Assembly: GCA_016290135.1 (NCBI GenBank)
Contig: JAEESW010000009.1
Coordinates: 3,174 to 67,173, forward strand
Reading direction: 5' to 3'
Source: a bacterium
GTDB lineage: Bacteria > UBP6 > UBA1177
Length of the DNA stretch: 64,000 bases
Within the stretch, counting starts at the first letter, position 1; each line of letters begins with the position of its first letter. The notes under the pieces were generated by a model, which was given only the letters and a program-made list of their open reading frames with translations, was not told where the DNA came from and ran no database searches. Positions 58,186 through 64,000 of the stretch are shown here, piece by piece. Both the position numbers and the translations under genes were made by a program.

Positions 58186-58440
58186 AGGCTAATCTCTCCG
58201 GCTACCGACTAAAAAATTTGTCACGTGACTGAAAGGATCTTCCATTTTACCCTCAAAAAATAAACCGCGGTATTATAGAGAAAAATGTGATTTTTGCAAG
58301 AAAAAAACAGCGCAATGTCAGCGCAAAGCGATAATGTCCGGTGTGTGCAAAGTTAAAATGGCCGGTTTTCTTATACCACTATACTTTTTTGGAGGATTTT
58401 TTTTGTCCAGAAATGCTTGACCATTATACAAAGCGTGGCT

Positions 58441-59271
58441 TCAGACTTTTCTGAAAACGGCAGTCCTGTCGGTTCCGGAGTAATCTTTTATTATGCTTTC
58501 GAGTTCGAGTCCGCTCCATTTTTTGTCCAGGAACTGCGAACCTTCAAAGCCGAGTTCTGTGATGAAATATCCGTTCGGTTTCAGGAATTCGGGGACGCAT
58601 GCTAAAATTTTTTCGGTTGTTTCAAAGCCTGTTTTCCCGCCGAAAAAAGCGTTTTCAGGCTCGAATCTGAGCTCTTTGACGACAAAATCGTCCATGTCGC
58701 GTTCAGAAAGATAGGGCGGATTGGCTGTTATGATGCTGAATTTTCCCGAAATTTTCGAGAAAAGGTCGCTCTGCACAAAGACGGTGTCAGATGCCGGAAA
58801 AAGGCGTGCAGCATTGATTTTTGCGACTTCAAGGGCTTTTTCAGAGATGTCGGAAAGTGTCAGTCTGCAGCCGGTCGCCCGTTTTATGCTGAGTCCGATG
58901 CAGCCGCTTCCGCAGCAGATGTCGAGAACTTCCGCTTGAGTGCTGTTTTTCAGAAGTCCAACGGCGGCTTCAACGATGAATTCGCTCTCGGGACGCGGTA
59001 TGAGAACGCGTCCGTCAACAAAAAAAGTGTCTTCAAAGAATTCCTTTTCGTTCGTAATGTAGGCGACAGGCTCGAAAGAAGCCCTCCTCGCAACGAATGA
59101 CATGAAAAGCTCTTCCGCACCGCTCCCTGCCTCATCGTTGTATTTTGTGAAAATGCCGAAACGGTCGGTCCCGAGCGCCTTTGCAAGCAGGATCTCTGCA
59201 TCGAGCCTCGGTGTTTCGGATATCTCTTTCAACCTTTTTTCGGCATCGCCGGCAAGTTCGCGCACTTTCAT
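58441..59271 (-). CDS. prmC: peptide chain release factor N5-glutamine methyltransferase
   Basis: SAM-MTase motifs VLDICCGSGCIGL, NPPY (ITANPPYLSERD). Confidence 0.9.
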   Translation of the reverse strand: MKVRELAGDAEKRLKEISETPRLDAEILLAKALGTDRFGIFTKYNDEAGSGAEELFMSFVARRASFEPVAYITNEKEFFEDTFFVDGRVLIPRPESEFIVEAAVGLLKNSTQAEVLDICCGSGCIGLSIKRATGCRLTLSDISEKALEVAKINAARLFPASDTVFVQSDLFSKISGKFSIITANPPYLSERDMDDFVVKELRFEPENAFFGGKTGFETTEKILACVPEFLKPNGYFITELGFEGSQFLDKKWSGLELESIIKDYSGTDRTAVFRKV

Positions 59272-59284
59272 TCTGTCACCACCG

Positions 59285-59968
59285 CTATTTTCCGGCGATC
59301 TTTATTATTGCGTCGTATATGAACCACGCGACGTCAGCTGCAAAGAGAGGGTTTTCTATGCAGGCCCGGTCTTCAGGCGACGATATGTAGGCGATCTCGA
59401 GCAGAAGCCCGGGGACCGTCGTGTCGTCAAAGAGCCCGAAGTTGTATTTCTGCGAGAACATGTTGAAAGGAAGCCGCCATGTCGTGTGCAGGTTCGCTTT
59501 AAAATAAAGGTCGCGGAAGATCGAGCCGTAGTTGAACGAACGGTTGACTTTGTCGTAGAAAAGTGCGGTGGAAGCAGAGTCTTTGCTCACGAAATCAGGC
59601 GGGTAGTATATCTCGAAACCTCTGTTCGTAGTGAGGACCTTCTGGCTGTTGAAATGAAGCGAGATAAACAAGTCGGGCTGATGCTGCTCGATAAATTCGA
59701 CCCTCTCTTTTATCGGCATGGAGACATCGTCCGTTCTGGTGAAGAGTATCTCGACGCCGGGAACGGGATGCTTCCTGAAAAAAGCCCGTATTTTTGCCGC
59801 GAGCGCAAGGGTAAGCTCTTTTTCGGAAATGTCGCCCGAAATCGCGCCTGTGTTGGTTCCTCCGTGCCCCGGATCAATGACGACTTTAAATTTTTTCTCT
59901 GCGGAAAGAGGGAGAAAAGAGAGAAAAACAAGGATTAAAAGGATCTTTTTTGCAGTATTGAAAGACAT
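59285..59968 (-). CDS. N-acetylmuramoyl-L-alanine amidase (Amidase_3 family)
   Basis: Signal peptide then VVIDPGHGG..GAISG..E..ISLHFNS zinc-amidase motifs. Real start MSFNTAKK at 59968 overlaps the parB stop. Confidence 0.85.
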   Translation of the reverse strand: MSFNTAKKILLILVFLSFLPLSAEKKFKVVIDPGHGGTNTGAISGDISEKELTLALAAKIRAFFRKHPVPGVEILFTRTDDVSMPIKERVEFIEQHQPDLFISLHFNSQKVLTTNRGFEIYYPPDFVSKDSASTALFYDKVNRSFNYGSIFRDLYFKANLHTTWRLPFNMFSQKYNFGLFDDTTVPGLLLEIAYISSPEDRACIENPLFAADVAWFIYDAIIKIAGK

Positions 59969-60795
59969 TATTTTTTGCGCTTGAAGGATGCAGAGAAGGT
60001 TTCGAAATCTTCTATGGAAGCAAAATTCAGAGTGACAGAAACACCGCGTTTTTTCGGCTTGAGAACGACTTTCGCATGTGTCCCTGAAGCTATCTCGGCC
60101 GCTTTTTTGCGCCACATCTCCGGCTGTTCAGGCTTTTTTGCCTTTTTAGGCGCGGCCTTTTTTGATGCAGCCTTTTCGACCTGACGTGCGGTAAGCTTCT
60201 CGTTCATGATCCTGTCGAGAAGGAGCAGCTGCTTGTCGTGTTCGAGGGATGCCAGAGGACGCACCTGACCGGCGGAAAGTTCCCCGCAGCGGACAAGATC
60301 CTTTACTTTTTCGCAGAGATTGAGGAGACGCATACAGTTGCTCACCTCGCTGCGGCTTTTGCCCACTTTTTTGCTGATCTCCTCCTGCGTATAGCCGAAG
60401 CGTTCTTTCAGTTCATCGTATGCTTCAGCGATTTCTATCGGATTCAGGTCTTCTCTCTGGAGATTTTCGATAAGTGAGACCTGATATTCCTCGTCGCCCT
60501 TGAAAACTGTCACCGGAACCTGGGAGAGACCTGCCATCTGCGCCGCGCGGAAACGCCGTTCTCCTGCTACGATGCGGTAGAAGTCACCTTCCTTCTTTAC
60601 AAGTATCGGTTGTATTATTCCGTATTGTCTGATCGATTCGGCGAGTTCGGCGAGTCTTTTTTCATCGAAGCGCTTTCTAGGCTGCTCTTCGTTCGGTTTT
60701 ATCGACGAAAGCGGGAGCGTTACAGGATCTACGGGCAGAAGACTGCTCATGCCTCTGCCTTCCATGATTTTTCCGCCTATTTTTTTTTGAAGCAT
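59968..60795 (-). CDS. parB: ParB/Spo0J/Noc-family partition protein (no adjacent parA)
   Basis: ParB box I/II (IQPILV..; VAGERRFRAA), HTH, C-terminal basic region. Start likely at the second Met (GGAGGA RBS). Confidence 0.85.
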   Translation of the reverse strand: MLQKKIGGKIMEGRGMSSLLPVDPVTLPLSSIKPNEEQPRKRFDEKRLAELAESIRQYGIIQPILVKKEGDFYRIVAGERRFRAAQMAGLSQVPVTVFKGDEEYQVSLIENLQREDLNPIEIAEAYDELKERFGYTQEEISKKVGKSRSEVSNCMRLLNLCEKVKDLVRCGELSAGQVRPLASLEHDKQLLLLDRIMNEKLTARQVEKAASKKAAPKKAKKPEQPEMWRKKAAEIASGTHAKVVLKPKKRGVSVTLNFASIEDFETFSASFKRKK

Positions 60796-60917
60796 TGATT
60801 CCTCCATGAAAATTCAAGCTGAAAAATTTTAATGAAACAACTTTGTCTGTCAAGTCTCTTCCGCGGGGCAAGACCGCTCAGGAAATAATCAGGGTGTTTG
60901 AGGGATAGTTCGGAGAT

Positions 60918-63545
60918 TTATTCGTCGCTTTCCCAGATTACGCACTTCAGTTCTGCGTTGTCCCACATATATCCGTATTTGCAGCTGCATGAGTAACCGG
61001 GTTCGTCTCCTTCTGCAGGAATGCAGATGCCGGTAGAGTTTTCCGCGGTCATGCACACGCTTTGGCGGCATTTGTCCTCGATGCACTTTTCTCCGTTCCA
61101 TATTTTACCGTCCGTGCACGGATTATCCGTTACGCAGACGATATATGTCTCCGGGTAGTAGTCTTTGCTCCAGTCGTGTGATCCGAAAGCCATGCCGGTA
61201 TTTACAAGCTGGCTTGTGGAGGAGATGCCAAAACGGGTATAGCGTCCTTCTAGACTGATGCCGCGCAGTTCGTTTATGTTGGCGAGTCTCCAGTTTGAAA
61301 GGCCAAGAGCGGTCAGATCTTCGCAGTACTTGAGAAAATCGGCCCAGACTACCTGATTTTCATGATCCGGAATAATCTTCGTCCAGAGCAGTCCCATTAC
61401 CGAGTCACCGTAAAAAGTCTCTTCTTCCGAATTTATCTCGACCATGTGGCGCGGTTCGTCCTCGTATTTTTCGCCGCGGACGCAACGGACAGCCGATGTC
61501 CGCATCCACTCTTCACCGGAATAAGAGTCTCTCAGGGTGAATTCACCAAGGTAAGCGTCTTCGAAGTTCACCGTGTAAACGTTGCCTTCGGACAGAAACG
61601 ATGACGACCAGAACATTTCAGCCGGAGTGTCCGGAAAATATTTCGCGTTGACGAGCGGAAGAGCGTCAAAATCGAGGATCGTTTTAAGTTCGTCGAATGT
61701 CGGAAGGCGCCAGTCGCTGTAGCCGCCGTAATCCAGGTCGCCGCAGTAACGGCTGCTTATGCTCCATGACAGGTATTTGACGGGGTCGATTTTGCCCTGC
61801 CAGTCAAGATTTGTGTTGAAATCGTGGACGACCGGTTCGTTTTCGACCGAATCATCGATTTTATAATTTTTCGGGACACAGGTCCCGAGTGCGGCATAAT
61901 GCGCATCCTGGCCGTAGTAATCCTCTCCCTCGGCAGGACATTTTATCTTTCTTCCAAAATCGTAGCAGTGTGTCTGGCCTGTGCAGAGATTCGCGATTTT
62001 GGGCCTCTTTTCAAGGCACCCTTTGTTCTTTCCCCACCAGTAGTAGTTTTTCTCGCAGCCGCAGATATACGATGTCGCGCTGATCGTTCTGCATTCTTTT
62101 GTCGCGTGTTCGTGTTTCGCGCATGGATCTTCGCTGCATAAATCTACGCATTTTTCACCGTTCCATGCCCAGCCTTCGGTGCATCCGCAGTAGTAAGTCT
62201 CGAAGTCGTCCGTTCCGCAGGAGCCGTCGGAATGCTCGATTTTTTTGCACGGGTTGGTGTCGCACGGCGAATTAGCGCATTTCTCTCCTGTCCACCAGTA
62301 TCCTTCTTTGCAGGGTTCGTTTCTGATGCAGAAAGCCCGCGCGACAATGTTGCTGTATTGCTGTCTTGTCATGTTTACAGTCCTGCCGCTGCGGAAATCA
62401 ATACCGTATGCCGGAAGGGACGAGATGCTTTCATTCGTCGACGACGACCAGAAATAGGAGATGAAATTAAGAGCTGTGGAGTCGACCGGAAAGTCTGAAA
62501 ACTGAGCTATTTTGTAGTTCGCAAGCGAAACAAGCTCGTTTATGTTGGGAAGTCTCCAGTCGTAGAATCCGGCATAGTCCGAGTGCTCGCAGAAAACCAT
62601 CGAATCGCTCCATTCGAAACCTTTGCTGAAGTTTTTCTGCCAGATGATCCCGGTTTTCATATCACGCACTATCTCAGCGTTGTTCAATTCAATGGTCTGG
62701 AAACGGAAAAGCAGAGGAAGCGGTTCGTTCCCTTCGATAGGATCGCCCCGCACGCAGCGGACCGAGGCTGTCAGATCCTTGTTTCTCAGTTCTATGCTCT
62801 GGCTGCTGTTGAGGCTCCATACGTAAGTCGGGTCGCCTTCAAGCACGCCGGATGACCACAAATAGACCTCGTCACGCAGTCTGGGAGGAAGCATGAGCAG
62901 CTCTTCAGGTATAGGAAGCCGCCAGTCGTCTCTACCACCGTATTTGAGATTTTCGCAATAGTTGACGGCATTTTCCCAAGTGGTCGAGTTTTTTACGATT
63001 TTCGTCCAGCCGATATGCAGGTTGTTGTCGAGGGTCGTTATTTCATCGTCATAATACACTTTGCTGGAAAAATTCTGTTCAAGGCAGTAACCCTCTCTCG
63101 AATAATACGGATCCTGACCTGAAAGGTTGCCTGCGTCGGCGCATTGATGAATGTAGTTGTACCAGTCGTAGCAGTATTCCTGGCCTGTGCAGATATTGGC
63201 GGAAGTTATTTTTTTGCATCCCAAGTGTCCCCAGAAGTAACCTTCGGCGCATCCGCACTCGAAAGTGTCATCTTTGTAGCGGATCGTTCCGTCGGTATTG
63301 GCGAAATTCTCGCACGGACTGTCTGTTTCCGGTTCAGGTTCCCAGCCATAACCTTTGTCGTTGCTGCCGTAGTTTTCATCCCCATCGATCAAAACATACT
63401 CGTCTTCCTCGTCGTTTTCCTCCTCATCGTAATCGGGAATATCCTCATCCGGCAGAATATCGGCATCGTTTTCCGCTTTTTTCGAGCTGCTGCACGAAAC
63501 GACTAAAAATATCAGAGCAATAAGTAAAAGAAGGAGTTTTTTCAT
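60918..63545 (-). CDS. large lipoprotein with four DUF1566 domains separated by EGF-like Cys-rich modules
   Basis: Lipobox LVVSCSSS after the MKKLLLLLIALIF start (63545, AGGAGG RBS); acidic linker; DUF1566 cores DDWRLPIPEELLML, YDWRLPNINELVSL, SDWRLPTFDELKTI, SNWRLANINELRGI; repeated CxCxxGYxWxGxxC modules. Confidence 0.75.
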   Translation of the reverse strand: MKKLLLLLIALIFLVVSCSSSKKAENDADILPDEDIPDYDEEENDEEDEYVLIDGDENYGSNDKGYGWEPEPETDSPCENFANTDGTIRYKDDTFECGCAEGYFWGHLGCKKITSANICTGQEYCYDWYNYIHQCADAGNLSGQDPYYSREGYCLEQNFSSKVYYDDEITTLDNNLHIGWTKIVKNSTTWENAVNYCENLKYGGRDDWRLPIPEELLMLPPRLRDEVYLWSSGVLEGDPTYVWSLNSSQSIELRNKDLTASVRCVRGDPIEGNEPLPLLFRFQTIELNNAEIVRDMKTGIIWQKNFSKGFEWSDSMVFCEHSDYAGFYDWRLPNINELVSLANYKIAQFSDFPVDSTALNFISYFWSSSTNESISSLPAYGIDFRSGRTVNMTRQQYSNIVARAFCIRNEPCKEGYWWTGEKCANSPCDTNPCKKIEHSDGSCGTDDFETYYCGCTEGWAWNGEKCVDLCSEDPCAKHEHATKECRTISATSYICGCEKNYYWWGKNKGCLEKRPKIANLCTGQTHCYDFGRKIKCPAEGEDYYGQDAHYAALGTCVPKNYKIDDSVENEPVVHDFNTNLDWQGKIDPVKYLSWSISSRYCGDLDYGGYSDWRLPTFDELKTILDFDALPLVNAKYFPDTPAEMFWSSSFLSEGNVYTVNFEDAYLGEFTLRDSYSGEEWMRTSAVRCVRGEKYEDEPRHMVEINSEEETFYGDSVMGLLWTKIIPDHENQVVWADFLKYCEDLTALGLSNWRLANINELRGISLEGRYTRFGISSTSQLVNTGMAFGSHDWSKDYYPETYIVCVTDNPCTDGKIWNGEKCIEDKCRQSVCMTAENSTGICIPAEGDEPGYSCSCKYGYMWDNAELKCVIWESDE

Positions 63546-63619
63546 GAGTTCCTCCTGAGACGACAAATAAAAAACGTTATATTTTAGGAATTTTGAAAAT
63601 AAATTCAACTCAAAAAATG

Positions 63620-63705
63620 CTCCTTAAAAATGTTGCATATTGACTGAAAATGGTCATTAAAAATGTAGATACTATCAAAAGATGGTCATTAAAAATGTGG
63701 ATGAT
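63620..63705. repeat. direct repeats (ATGGTCATTAAAAATGTRGAT x2; TAAAAATGT x3) upstream of the large DUF1566 lipoprotein gene
   Basis: AAAATGGTCATTAAAAATGTAGAT at ~63647 and AGATGGTCATTAAAAATGTGGAT at ~63680, 75-160 bp upstream of the gene start on the minus strand. Confidence 0.4.
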
Positions 63706-63843
63706 GGCAGAAAAACGTTGTGAAATCAACGTGTTGGTGTTTTTATCTAAATTCAGCTTTTATGATGACTAAAAAAACCCAGAAAAGAAGACTGGCTCGA
63801 AAATGTTCCTCTTTATGGAATATCTGCGGTGATGAAAGGAATT

Positions 63844-64000
63844 TAATCCTCTTCAGGATCTTTTTCGCAGTCAAAGTATGCCCAGTGATAGCCTTCCTCA
63901 CAGTCACAACCGAACATATTGCTGCCTGTCTGATAGCACTCGCCTGTTGTATGTTCTATATATTCGCATCTGTTTGGCTCACAAACGGGGGCACATTGAA
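63844..64000 (-). CDS. third DUF1566/EGF-like lipoprotein paralog, 3'-partial fragment (C-terminus only)
   Basis: Minus-strand translation ends ...CxCxxGYHWAYFDCEKDPEED*, the same C-terminal Cys-rich module as the 60918..63545 protein (CSCKYGYMWDNAELKCVIWESDE). Confidence 0.5.

Overview
This 64-kb window (about 50% GC by eye) is mostly core chromosome of an anaerobe-like bacterium; the phylum cannot be assigned from the sequence alone. The content suggests Spirochaete, Fibrobacteres or Bacteroidetes-type affinities: a compact V/A-type ATPase operon, the DapH lysine-pathway enzyme, DUF1566 lipoprotein paralogs and a YitT-family protein. Recognisable blocks are dnaK(partial)-dnaJ; a coupled yebC-ruvC-ruvA-ruvB-hypothetical-pepF-GT51 transglycosylase string; a dapH/GT2 pair divergent from murG(with HEAT tail)-mraY-ykgJ; an IDH-family dehydrogenase plus a GltD-like oxidoreductase; a 1283-aa GH13-like glycosidase fused in frame to a YhaM/CdsB-like L-cysteine desulfidase domain; thiamine genes thiE and thiD-cytX with a TPP riboswitch; tRNA-Val-thrS-infC-rpmI-rplT-hup-tRNA-Pro-surE-DUF368-rph-DAHP synthase-gpx; a seven-gene V-type ATPase operon (E, DUF2764, A, B, D, I, K); Fe-ADH; a divergent FHA and Sel1 pair with low-complexity repeats; an MgtE_N-CorA chimera; prmC, an Amidase_3 amidase and an orphan parB; and three DUF1566/EGF-like lipoprotein paralogs. 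The clearest accessory patch is 23.7-28.2 kb: a Vat streptogramin acetyltransferase, a dinJ-yafQ toxin-antitoxin pair with a near-consensus promoter, an AT-rich orphan gene bracketed by two copies of a 36-bp palindromic element (TTTTTCGTCC-N16-GGACGAAAAA), ybaK, and a DUF4143 AAA ATPase preceded by three 40-bp direct repeats. I found no CRISPR array, transposase or integrase. Coordinates of non-coding features are hand-counted and may be off by a few nt.
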